From Macrostomum hystrix (taxonomy: Eukaryota > Animalia > Platyhelminthes), in assembly GCA_950097015.1 (NCBI GenBank), contig CATNEN010000003.1, positions 1,550,001-1,614,000 of the forward strand: 64,000 bases of DNA, in the 5' to 3' direction. The translations under genes were made by a program, and so were the position numbers. Below, piece after piece: positions 34,393 through 45,840 of the stretch; the stretch's first letter is position 1; every line of letters starts with the position of its first letter. The notes below the pieces were generated by a model. That model did no database searches and was not told the origin of the DNA. It was given only the letters and a program-made list of their open reading frames with translations.

Positions 34393-37087
34393 GGTCTCTC
34401 GGCCTACTTTGGCGACCTATTCAAAGACAATCCCTACTTTGGTGCCGGTTTCGGCCTGGCCGGAGTCGGGGTTGGTCTAACAGCGCTGCGCCGAGCCGCT
34501 CAACTTGGCTCCGTGTTTATTAGGCGCAGGTACACGGCCACTCTTGAGGTGCCAAGTCACGATCCGAGCTACGCTTGGCTGCTGCAGTGGATCACTAAGA
34601 GAGTGGGCAATTGTCAGCATGTCAGCGTGCAGACTGCACTGGAGCAAAGCGACAGCGGCCGGGTCATTACTAAGTGAGCACACTCACTGGGGTTAAATCC
34701 TACTTTAGAAGACTGACCGGGTCTTTGTTCTGCAAAATAAACCATAATAATCCTACAAAAGAACGCTGATTGGGTCTTTGTTCGGCATATTAATTTTACT
34801 TTAGCACACCAACTGGGTCTTTGGTCTGTATAAAAATCATACTTGTGCACAATACAGCCAGGTCTTTGTTCTGTATAATATTCCTGCTGACTTGAGCACA
34901 CGAGCTAGGTCTTTGTACTACTTAATAATCCTACTTGAGAACTCTAGCCAGGGAAGGTGTCGGTACACAGTCAGTAAGGTGTCGGACTCTGGATCAGATG
35001 GTCCTGGGTTCGACTCCCGACCTAGTCTAGAACTATTCGTGCAGCCTTTGGCAAGCTGCTTTGCCCTGATGTGCACACAGTCTACTCAGCTGCAAATGAG
35101 TACCGACATTTCGTCGGGTAATAATAATTCCGGCTGGCGTGGAATAAAGCAGTTCTGTGCGGCAATTCTGTGGGGTTTGGATGCTGCCGATATGTTTGGA
35201 AAAATAAATTCCATTGCTGACACGCGGCTGTCAACCGGTTTCCGAGAGAGCCGGGGAGTGCAATAGGTGTGCAGTCCCCACCTGCTAGTGTGCCTGACAC
35301 ACAACACCTGCACTGGCCCTTGGGTCTAGTGTCAAATTATTATTATTATAGCCAGGGAATTTTTCTGATGTAGCTAGCTAAGAAATACACCCGCTAGGTC
35401 TTTGTACTGCACAACTGACCCACTTGATTATTTCTCTTCGCCGCATTCCAGAAGCTCCTACCTGCCCAGCGTCGGCAATCATTTCTTTCGCTACGGCGGC
35501 ACCTGGATTCGAGTCGAGCGCAATCGCGAAGCCCAGATGCGTCGAGAACGCACCGGCGAAACTTCGCCTTTCGAATCGGTTCGGCTGACGGCTATTGGTC
35601 GCGGCCGCGGGGTGTTCGACCAGGTGCTAGACGAAGCCAGGGAGATGGCTTTTCAGGCCAGGGAAGGCTGGACTGTGGTTTATAAGGCCAGGGGCGCCGA
35701 GTGGGAGCCGTTCGGCTATCCGCGCAGACGGCGGCCTGTGGAATCGGTAGGCATATAGCATGCTGACATTTCTGACTATATCGCTTCGTTCCCCCATTCC
35801 TCTCTTCTCTCCTCTGTACTACTTTCCTTCCCTCCTCTCCGTTTTGTTGTTTTCCTTTCATTTTTTTCATTTCTCTCCCTTCTCTCCTTCCGCTTTCAAA
35901 TCCTCTCCCCTTCCTCTCCTCCCTTCCTTTCTTCCTTTGGTTTTTATTCAGCATCTTTATTCAGTCCTTAACTTTAAAACACTGACTGGGTCTTTGTTCT
36001 GCATTTCTCCCCATCGCTTTGCTCTCGTCTTTCTCGTGATAATAATAATAATTGCAGGTGGGCTGCAGGAAGCGGCATTTGGAGATCATTTGGAGATCTC
36101 TCCATTGTTCTGACTCCTGAGCACACACGCACACAGATACCGTTCGCAGGCATACGCTCACACAGGTGTGTACATCTGCCGTGACTTTCTCATCGTCAGG
36201 CAGTGTACACTCTCACTGTGCCTTGGAGGTTGGCCCTCAAGGGCGTAAATTGCACAGCAAGCCCCCCTTTTCAGCTCCATGATATTAGTTTCGAATCACA
36301 AGTTTTCCAAAATCTCACCCACCAGGTAATCCTGGCCGCAGGTCAAGCCGAGTCTCTCCTAAGCGATATTCGCGAATTTCAAGCCAGCCAACGCTGGTAC
36401 ACCGACCGCGGCGTCCCCTACAGGCGCGGCTACCTGCTGCACGGACCGCCCGGCTGCGGCAAGACTAGCTTTATAACAGCCATAGCCGGTAGTTTGCAGT
36501 GCTCAATCTGTATGCTCAGCCTTGGAGATTACGGCCTAGACGATGCCAGATTGGATCACTTGTTAAATCACGCTCCGCCACAATCTGTTCTGCTATTAGA
36601 AGACGTTGACGCGGCACTAGCAGCTCAGGCTAGGCTAGCCGAATCGCCTAGTCGCTATTCGGGCATGCCCGGTATCAGCCTGACAGGCCTCTTGAATACC
36701 CTGGATGGAGTGACGTCATCAGAGGGTAGACTATTGTTTATGACCACCAATTATCCGGACAGATTAGATCCGGCATTGACTAGGCCTGGTAGAGTTGATC
36801 TTCACCTGCGCATTGGCTATTGCAGCGGCGAACAATTGGTGAGGATGTTCTCCAGATTCTATCCGGATGCTGGGTTAGAAGCGGCTGAAGAATTCGCCAA
36901 TCGTCTAGTTGGCTCCGGCGCCGACGCTGAAGCCATCGGCATTAGTCCGGCTAAAGTGCAGGGCCATTTTCTAATGAATAAATCTGATTGGAGGCAGGCT
37001 CTGAACTCGGCGACAAGTTGCCTGTTGGCGACAGAGGCTTCGGCAACAGCAGCTGGCAATTCGGGATCCAGTGTTGAAGGCGGATGA
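34393..37087 (+). CDS. BCS1L: Mitochondrial AAA chaperone BCS1; exons 34393-34673, 35452-35746, 36326-37087; no genomic in-frame ATG at the N-terminus
   Basis: KDNPYFGAGFGL, WEPFGYPRRRRP, GVPYRRGYLLHGPPGCGKTS, LLEDVD, GLLNTLDGV, MTTNYPDRLDPALTRPGRVD, SPAKVQG. Confidence 0.95.
34956..35348 (+). mobile_element. SINE family C (tRNA head, CORE-like middle, distinct 3' region, (ATT)n tail) with 11-bp TSD
   Basis: B box GGTTCGACTCC; cctttggcaag...cagtctactcagctgcaaatgagtacc like family B; TAGCCAGGGAA at 34945-34955 and 35349-35359. Confidence 0.85.
36041..36268 (-). mobile_element. SINE family A, 3' two-thirds
   Basis: Reverse complement of family A body with (AAT)n tail, in BCS1L intron 2. Confidence 0.85.
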
Positions 37088-37134
37088 GTTGTTGATTTAA
37101 AAAAATATGTCTGTTTTTTTCTGAGATCTAGTTG

Positions 37135-37792
37135 TCCCAATCCCAAAGTCCCTAGATCCTAAAGTCTCAACATCCTAAAGTCCCTAGATCTCAAAGTCCC
37201 TAGATCCCAAAGTCCTAGATCCCAAAGTCCCTAGATCCCAAAGTCTCAACATCCTAGAGTCCTTAGATCCCAATATTCTTAAATCATAAAGTCCCAAAAT
37301 CCCATCGCAAAATCCCAAGAATCCAAGCTAAAGATATCTGCGTCTCAAGATTCTGAATTCGAAAGATCCCAACTTAAAATAAAACCCAATGTTCGAAAAT
37401 CCAAAAGTCCTAAGATCCCATGGACACAAGATCCCATAGTCCCAAGATCCCATAGTCCCAAGATCCCATAGTCCCAAGATCCCATAGTCCCAAGATCCCA
37501 TAGTCCCAAGATCCCATAGTCCCAAGATCCCATAGTCCCAAGATCCCATAGTCCCAAGATCCCATAGTCCCAAGATCCCATAGTCCCAAGATCCCATAGT
37601 CCCAAGATCCCATAGTCCCAAGATCCCATAGTCCCAAGATCCCATAGTCCCAAGATCCCATAGTCCCAAGATCCCATAGTCCCAAGATCCCATAGTCCCA
37701 AGATCCCATAGTCCCAAGATCCCATAGTCCCAAGATCCCATAGTCCCAAGATCCCATAGTCCCAAGATCCCATAGTCCCAAGATCCCATAGT
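37135..37792. repeat. 16-bp minisatellite (CCCAAGATCCCATAGT)n; homogeneous 37427-37792, decayed relatives from 37135
   Basis: Direct reading. Confidence 0.95.
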
Positions 37793-38287
37793 GCATAGAA
37801 CCCAAATATCATGGAGTTTCAAGATTTTAAACTTTCATCACAACCCCTAAGTATCATGATTAAAAAACTTGGGGATCCATTAGTTTACAATATTCTATAG
37901 TTTTGTGTTTTTTTAATTAAGGGCACATTTTTTGTAAACATAAATTAGTAGTGAGTCATGTTTTTAATGTATCGTTTATAATTGTGCCGTCTATCCATCT
38001 TTGATTTTGTGTATCTTTATCAAATGGCATTTAGATGTTTGTATTGTTTGCTGTATGTTAAACACAAATATAATAGAACTATTTTAATGGCAACAAAAAC
38101 TGAGGTTTTTGTTTTGCCAGTGTCTCATTGGTCGACTTTAGATCGCTTGAAATTATTACGTAATTAGAATTCTTTGATGATATTCGATACTTTTTACTGT
38201 CAGTAGTAGGATTTGTAATCTATAAACTTTATTATAAATTTCAATGATATTTTATATGCATTTGCGTGTAAATTTTCCAGCTCATTA

Positions 38288-40382
38288 ATGAATCCTCTAG
38301 ACTCCGACGATGACGATTCAATCGAGCTGTCACCTATAAAGGCTGAGTTTGAATTGGCGGCCAAATTTCTTAGAGGCGTCACTGGTCAGTTAAAACCGGA
38401 CCAACTTTTGTATTTGTACGCAAGGTATAAACAGGTAAGACGATTCCTTTAAGGATGTCCGGAGATTATCGATAGCGCATAGAAGTAATCCACTGAAGGA
38501 TTATCTTAGAGAGGGTAGTGTTAATCCACTGAAGGATTATCTTAGAGAGGGTAGTGTTAATCCACTGAAGGATTATCTTAGAGAGGGTAGTGTTAATCCA
38601 CTGAAGGATTATCTTAGAGAGGGTAGTGTTAATCCACTGAAGGATTATCTTAGAGAGGGTAGTGTTAATCCACTGAAGGATTATCTTTGAGAGAGTAGCG
38701 CTAATCCACCGAAGGATTATTTTAGAGAGAGTAGCGTTAATCCACTGAAGGATTATCTTTGAGAGAGTAGCGTTAATCCACTGAAGGATTATCTTGAAGA
38801 GGGTAGTGTTAATCCACTGAAGGATTATCTTTGAGAGAGTAGCGTTAATCCACTGAAGGATTATCTATTATTCAGTAGATTGATAATCCACGAAGGGTAT
38901 AAGGTTAGCAATAAACTATTGGATTATTATAGGGAAGTGTGGCGATAATCACTGGAAGGTTTTACTGTGGAAAATGTATAGCTCCAATCGACTAAATGAT
39001 TATCTGAAAAAAATCCTTGCCTTAACTATTCTAGTCAGTCGATGGTCCATGTAATGTGCCTAGACCGGGATTCTTCGACTTTCAAGGCAAGCAGAAATGG
39101 TAAGAACCAGATTCTTGTTTATTTGCTTTTTAATGATTAATTTAGAAGTTTTAAACGTAACTAAATGTATGTTTAACTCAGGGATGCCTGGAATTCGCTC
39201 GGCCAAATGTCAGCGGACACAGCCATGACAGAGTACACAGCGTTCATCAGTGAACACTTTCCCAGCTTTCGCGACGACGTGTCTGGCGACGGGGCGAAAA
39301 AATCAAGCGGCTCCGCGTTTGGCGCCAGAGTCAGCACAATGAGCGCGCCAGACGGAGGCAGCGAAGATGAGCACACTGATGAATCTGGACAGGTCCGTTC
39401 AGTCCGTGGACTGGGGGGAGGCCGCCACACACACCCTTTATTATTCCTTGAACTGATGCTGTTTCCCATTCAACAGCTGGATGAACTAAAGCAATGCAGA
39501 GCTAAGTGTATTGCTAAATGGCAAAAATAATTCCAGTGGAGTCGGGAATCGAACCCTCGACCTTCAAGTCTTGAGTCCGATACTCGTACCACCAGGCTAC
39601 AACCCCATTTATTATTTTCTATCGAGGAATATCCTAAGCTCCCATGATGACTCCCAGAATCCCTAAGGGTCAGTGGCAGAGCGGTATAACGTGTTTGCCT
39701 CTCGCACCAAGGTCCCTGAGCTCGATTCCTCGGCGAGGCCACATTTTTTGAGAGATCTTAGACTTGGGGACTTGTCGTGCCATTTACGCCCTTGAAGGCC
39801 AACCTCCAAGGCACAGTGATAGTGTACACTGCCTGACGATGAGAAAGTCAGGGCAGATGTACACACGTGTGTGAGTGTGTGCTCAGGAGTCAACGAAATG
39901 GGCAGAATTGCCTCCTCGCTGTCTAGTGTCACCAAATGATGTGCCATTGCCAGCAGCCCTCCTGCCATTATTATTACTCACAGAATCCAATTTCTACCAT
40001 CCAACTGCAGGTATTCGCATGGTTCAAGGCCGAGGGTCTGTCCAGTCGAGTCAAACACCTGATAGACAGGCAGCCAGATTTGGCCACATCCGGCGTCGAC
40101 TCCGCCGGCCAGACCCTGCTGCACTGGGCCGCTGACAGAGCCGACTCTGCCGCTTGTAGATCCCTGCTGGATCTTGGAGCCGATCCTAATAGGCCAGACT
40201 GCGACGGTATGACAGCGCTGCATTCGGCTGTGGCGTCTACCGCGTCAACAGACTCCGTGATTAGCGTTGTCAAAATGCTAGTCGCTTCTGGCGGACGATT
40301 TCAAGCTGACGATTTCAAGCCGGAAGATTTGACTGAGAATGCCCAAGTCTTGGAATTGTTGGCCGGGGCCAACTTAGCTTAA
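38288..40382 (+). CDS. ACBD6: Acyl-CoA-binding domain plus ankyrin repeat protein; exons 38288-38434, 39035-39099, 39182-39392, 40011-40382
   Basis: [45 protein letters not shown], ankyrins GQTLLHWAADR and DGMTALHSA. Confidence 0.93.
38485..38865. repeat. 36-bp intronic minisatellite (TAATCCACTGAAGGATTATCTTAGAGAGGGTAGTGT)n
   Basis: ~10 units in ACBD6 intron 1; unit has a TAATCC/GGATTA hairpin. Confidence 0.95.
39393..39606 (-). mobile_element. SINE family B, 3'-truncated
   Basis: Reverse complement: ggggttgtagcctggtggtacgag...GGTTCGATTCCC...cacttagctctgcattgctttagttcatccagctgttg. Confidence 0.85.
39667..39975 (+). mobile_element. SINE family A, near full length
   Basis: A box TGGCAGAGCGG, GCTCGATTCC, ATT tail; flanks ACTCCCAGAATCC (39650-39662) / ACTCACAGAATCC (39976-39988). 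Confidence 0.87.
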
Positions 40383-41114
40383 AATGGGAATGCACATTTA
40401 GTAAAATTAGAATTTTTTATAGAAACTTTCGTTACTTTTTAAGTCGTTACTTTTTATTACACTATCAGTTATGCGGTACTTTTAACTGCGTTTTTTTAAA
40501 TCGTGGATTTTTTGAAACGCTTCTTTCAATTTACAATGCTATAATTTACTTTGTGTTTTTATTACTACGTTAGTTCTTTCTATTCCGTTAATTAGTTTGA
40601 AAAATAAAGGAACAAAATCTAGTGCATTGCTTCGTGACCATAATGCTTGCATTGTATAGTGTAAAATAAATATTATTTTCACAATTTCGCTTGGCTTGAC
40701 TGATTAAAATGGTTCTACTTCAGTTTTTCCGTTGTTTTTTTGCTCTGTTCAATAACCCACTGGTTTTAGAGCATCAGTTAAGTTAACTTAATTTATATAA
40801 ATAAACATGTTTTGTCTCGAAAATCGATTCAGATTAAGCAGGTCAGATTAGTGTGACCTGCTTAAGTATCAGGCACAATATTTCCTAGCTAAGTACCAAA
40901 CTAAATGCAAGTTTGAACTAACAGGTTCGTATGATCTGCTAGTTCATTGATATCGTTAGTTTAGGTATTTAAACCTGCTGATTAACCTTGAGCCTTATTA
41001 ACTTGTTTTAACGATAAGAAAAATTCAAACGAACCGTTCTGCTGTTTCAGACTGGAGAGTGCGAACGAACTTGCCGCTTGAAAGATCCAAGTTGAGATCC
41101 AAACGCAAACAGAA

Positions 41115-42749
41115 ATGGAAAGACCACATCTTCGCAACGGCAGCGCTGGCATTGGCAGCAACGGAGGCACCAGTCTTCTAGAAGAGGTCGCCAAATCAAG
41201 GCGTAATAAAGAATTTCAACACGAGAAACAGGCCCTATTAGATCTGCTAGATTCACATTTGTCTGGCATGATCGACAGGGCGTCGAATTCTGTTTCCAGG
41301 AAATGTGGAGCCTCGGCAACTGTTGACGGCATGAAAACTGTGGAGTCATTGGCGGCACTGGATGCCAGCATTGGTAGTAAAGGAAAAGCCTCTCATCAAC
41401 TGGCCGATGATGCCACAACCGATGAGCGCCTGCCGCAGAAAAACTTTCACCTCCGCAATAGCCTACTCACCGAACTATTTGAGCTGTCGCATTTTCGAAC
41501 TCTGCAAAACATATTCATAGCCATTATGTCGCTATTCTGCTTGAATACAATCATATCGGACTTGTTAGAAGGCAAATTGTTAATGGATACACTTTCTCTG
41601 CCGTTGATCTTCTGGGCATTCGGTCGATTGTCTGAAGCGATCGCCATCTGGTTGTTGATGCACTTGGTCACTCTCCTAGTATTCTATCCGGCCTTTCATC
41701 ATTACGTTAGCATGGCCGGACCCAAAGGGCACAGTCGTTATAGCAATACCCTGTGGCTGCTTGCCTACACAATTTTCCAAGCCTGGTTTCTGGTGCAACC
41801 CATTCGCATGCTGGTGCAGGCTCAATTACCGCCAGCTTCGGCCATCACTGTGCTTACCGAGCAGGCTAGACTAATGATGAAGATACACGCCTTCCTGTGG
41901 GAGAATGTGCGTTGCGGACAATTTCCTAAGACGCCGACTGATGCCTCCGACGCTGTCGAAACTAATGACGTCCTGCCCAGGTGTCCGAGTTTCGGTAAAT
42001 TCTTGTACTTTCTATTCGCGCCAACTTTGGTGTATCGGGACAATTATCCCCGCACCGAGTCCGTACGCTGGGGCTACGTCGCCTCCAATCTTGGCCAGGT
42101 GGTAGCTGGAATCTTCTTTGTCTACCTGTTGATAGTTCGCTACTGCTTGCCAGTGTTTAGTCACTGGCGTAGGCCTAGTTTGGCTCACTTTATACACACA
42201 GCTTTTCAATCTGCTCTACCTGGCGGCCTAGTGCTGCTAATTGTCTTCTTTTGCATCTTGCACTCTTGGTTGAACGCGTTCGCTGAGATGCTTCGCTTTG
42301 GAGATCGTCTATTTTATTACGACTGGTGGAATGCTACGTCGTTTCGCACCTGGTATCGCACCTGGAACACTGTAGTACATGACTGGCTCTACGCTTACGT
42401 TTATCGCGAGCTATGCATTCTGTTGGGCTATGATCTCAGACTGCTAGCTACAATCTGCGTCTTTCTATTATCGGCCGTCTTCCACGAGCTTGTGATCTCG
42501 TTTGCTCTCGGCTTCTTCTTTCCAGCCATGTTTGTGTTCTTCTGCAGCGCCGGCTTCGCTTTGATGTTTGCTAATGGTCGCTCCCGGCTCTGGTCCGTAT
42601 TCGTTTGGGCTAGCCTGTTTCTAGGCATGGGAATGCTAATGTGCCTGTACAGCATGGAGTGGTTCGCCAGACGAAATTGTCCCAGCCACTATCCGGATAA
42701 TTCTCTGTTGGACTTCTTGATGCCGAGATCATTCACTTGTGATTCTTAG
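41115..42749 (+). CDS. SOAT1: Sterol O-acyltransferase (ACAT, MBOAT family), single coding exon
   Basis: RNSLLTELF, FLYFLFAPTLVYRDNYPR, HSWLNAFAEMLRFGDRLFYYDWWN, RTWNTVVHDWLY, SAVFHE (catalytic His). Confidence 0.95.
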   Translation: MERPHLRNGSAGIGSNGGTSLLEEVAKSRRNKEFQHEKQALLDLLDSHLSGMIDRASNSVSRKCGASATVDGMKTVESLAALDASIGSKGKASHQLADDATTDERLPQKNFHLRNSLLTELFELSHFRTLQNIFIAIMSLFCLNTIISDLLEGKLLMDTLSLPLIFWAFGRLSEAIAIWLLMHLVTLLVFYPAFHHYVSMAGPKGHSRYSNTLWLLAYTIFQAWFLVQPIRMLVQAQLPPASAITVLTEQARLMMKIHAFLWENVRCGQFPKTPTDASDAVETNDVLPRCPSFGKFLYFLFAPTLVYRDNYPRTESVRWGYVASNLGQVVAGIFFVYLLIVRYCLPVFSHWRRPSLAHFIHTAFQSALPGGLVLLIVFFCILHSWLNAFAEMLRFGDRLFYYDWWNATSFRTWYRTWNTVVHDWLYAYVYRELCILLGYDLRLLATICVFLLSAVFHELVISFALGFFFPAMFVFFCSAGFALMFANGRSRLWSVFVWASLFLGMGMLMCLYSMEWFARRNCPSHYPDNSLLDFLMPRSFTCDS

Positions 42750-42899
42750 GGTTTTAACTGAAATCATAACACGATTATGATAATGCTAAAGATTCTGTCC
42801 GTTTTGTGAAATACTTCACAACATGCAAATAAACGTGTACGAATACAAAATTTCTTCATGACAGTCGACCCCGCATCTAGCGTGAAGTAATTCCGCTCA

Positions 42900-43120
42900 T
42901 TACACTGACTCATGAACACACAAACAGATACTGTAAACAGAGGCGCACTCCCAAAGATGTTTACATCTGCCCACTTTATCGTAGCGGTTGGCCCTAAAGG
43001 CCTTAAATTGCACAACAGGCCCCCAAGCCGCCCTTCGTCCTAAATGACGGTGGCTTCGCTGCCGATTCAAGCCGAGCGACCTTGGTGCGAGAGGCAGATG
43101 AGTTAACCGTTCTGCTAATG
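42900..43120 (-). mobile_element. Diverged, internally deleted SINE family A copy
   Basis: acagatactgta, tacatctgcccacttt, ggttggccctaaaggcc..aattgcacaac, cttggtgcgagaggcag match family A. Confidence 0.7.
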
Positions 43121-43148
43121 ACTATTCCGTGAAAGAGCCACACTTAAG

Positions 43149-43448
43149 TAATAATAATAATAATAATAATTGTTGATTACACCTGCCCTAATTGGGCCAG
43201 ATATGCAGCCGCAGCTATTGCGCTGAAGGCTGCGTACGGCTGTTCAGTCCACGTACTGGGGGGAAGCCAGACCCACCCTCAATTACCCCAGATAATGCTG
43301 GTATCCTATTTAAAAGCTGGATGAATTGACGCAATCCAATGCAGAAGCGTCTTGCCAAAGGACAAAAATTTTTCCTTGAGAGTAAGGGATCGAACCCCCG
43401 ACCTTCGAGTTGTAAGTCCGACGCTCTAACAACTTGGCTACAGTCCCC
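43149..43448 (-). mobile_element. SINE family B, near full length
   Basis: (AAT)n tail, then reverse complement of the family B body and head (ggatcgaacccccgaccttcgag). Confidence 0.85.
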
Positions 43449-44226
43449 ACAGCAGCCACAGCAGTTGCACTCTAGTCTAAGCTACACTCTTTTAACTAAT
43501 CCAAAACACTGTCTATCAGGCAAACAGAAGTAAGAGCGGAAGCTTCTGACTTCTGTAAAATATCACGGGATTTACCATGCTTTTGTTTATTAACAGAGCT
43601 TAGATGGACAGAATCTTTGCTTTATTAATTTTTCAAGACTTAGAAATCGTTTGTTACAGTTAACCATCATAGCTTAAAAAACTTTAGTGTACTGTATGAT
43701 GTCTTTTAATTCAATTGTAGTGTGTTCTTTAAAAGCGTTTTTGTGAAAATGGTTAAGATGCCTGCTTTTTATAAATCATCTATTTATATTTTTAATTCAC
43801 GTTCAACACAAACATATATTTTTTCATTTAACAATCTAATGTGCTTATCAAGAATGTGTTTGATTAGGGCATTTGATCTATGTTTACCAGTTTTTTATGA
43901 GAATTTTCTTGCATCGAAATAACACGACGAAATAGTTTTTGTCTATTAGCTGAGAACTTGTCGCAATGGTCTTCTCGAAAGACTAAGTCTAAATACACAC
44001 TTTGCTTTGTCGATTCTATTTTACTCGTTTATGTCTGGTCGTTGTTGTAACTTTTTTCCTTTGCCTCTTCTGTTTCAAAAGCTGCACGTTATACTGTTTT
44101 TTAAACAAAAAGTAAATCAATTATTTTTTTACCGTATCTGTGAGAAAAATCGATAAAATTTTTCTCTGTCTTTACTTTTCTACTTATTAAAAAATCTACG
44201 AAAAATCGAAGGTCATAATGGTTTGA

Positions 44227-44628
44227 ATGACGTTTGGTGTACAGAAGATCATTGTGGATTGGATGACGCTTAGTGTACAGAAGATCATTGTGGATTGGAT
44301 GACGCTTAGTGTACAGAAGATCATTGTGGATTGGATGACGCTTAGTGTACAGAAGATCATTGTGGATTGGATGACGCTTAGTGTACAGAAGATCATTGTG
44401 GATTGGATGACGCTTAGTGTACAGAAGATCATTGTGGATTGGATGACGCTTAGTGTACAGAAGATCATTGTGGATTGGATGACGCTTAGTGTACAGAAGA
44501 TCATTGTGGATTGGATGACGCTTAGTGTACAGAAGATCATTGTGGATTGGATGACGCTTAGTGTACAGAAGATCATTGTGGATTGGATGACGCTTAGTGT
44601 ACAGAAGATCATTGTGGATTGGATGACT
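44227..44628. repeat. 36-bp minisatellite (GATGACGCTTAGTGTACAGAAGATCATTGTGGATTG)n
   Basis: ~11 essentially identical units. Confidence 0.97.
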
Positions 44629-45280
44629 CTCACTGAGCACAGTGAGAGTGTACTCAGTGTATGACAGCTGACTGTGATTTGAAGGCTACATTTTGTTGAC
44701 TTTCAATGCAACACTAGATGGCACTGATTCATATTTTCGCACTCAAAACTGTATTTAGAGCCATTGTATTTTTTCTGCATTATTAAAGTAATTTACTATT
44801 TCGTTGCTGCGTTTCTCACTAAAAACTACAAGTAGTAAGAACAAATTAAAGCTTTTATTTTGGATTATATTTTTCTGTCTACTCGAATAGCTTTTGTTAC
44901 GTCATAGTCCCAAAGTGCTGCTTTACAATTTATGTCAGTTTCCGGTTTAAATTGTTGACACAGTCTATTGGTATAAGTTAGTTATAACGAGCGTAGCGAT
45001 CTTTCTGAAAGAAACTACTAGACTTTTTCTCAAATAATTAACTAATTACAATTATAGAGTACTATACAAATTAATTAAACTCTATTACCAATAATAGAGT
45101 TTCGTCTTACTTGAAAGCATTTATTTTCTTATATATTTATGATAGTTATGTAGACTAATGGAGTTGTGTAGATTAGTGGGAAATTATGTTAGATGGTGGG
45201 GGAATAGTGTAGAATGATGGGATTATTAGGATAATTCTAGGAGAAAAGTGGGATTAATATTTATAAAATGAATACAATAA

Positions 45281-45581
45281 TATAATAACAATTGCTGGAG
45301 GGCTGCGGGCAATGGCACATAATTTGGTGACACTAGACAGCGAAGAGGCAATTCTGCCCATTTCGCTGACTCCTGAGCACATACGCACACAGATATTGTA
45401 CTCAAGCATACGCTCACACAGGTGTGAACATCTGCCCTGACTTTCTCATCGTCAGGCAGTGTACATTTCACTGTGCCTTGGAGGTTGGCCCTATAGGGCG
45501 TAAACTGCACTTCAAGCCCCCAAGCCTTCTCTCCGCGGCTGCGCCTCAAATTAAATGTTGCCTCGCCGTGGAATCGAGCTT
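45281..45581 (-). mobile_element. SINE family A, 5'-truncated
   Basis: Reverse complement matches family A from the B box to the tail. Confidence 0.87.
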
Positions 45582-45840
45582 TGCGAAATTAGCGTAAAGA
45601 GCTGTTTAGAATAGTTGGGGAATAGTATGGACAGGTGAGATAAATCCTAACTTAACGAATTGTGTAGAATCGGGGTAGAATTAGGGTAGATTTAATTCTT
45701 AAGAAGAAAATAATATGGTGAATGTAAGCATTGTAGTTGCTTTTTCCATAGACAATTTGACAAAAGAAGTACTTTTAAAAACAATTTTTTCAGACTCTAT
45801 CAAGCAAATTAGAATTCTAATAGAAGCAAGAGCTTTAATC

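Noticed and set aside
44227-44628. CRISPR-like 30-36 bp repeats (also 27265, 29768, 32870, 38485, 50971)
   Set aside because: Head-to-tail with no unique spacers, no cas genes, eukaryotic context.
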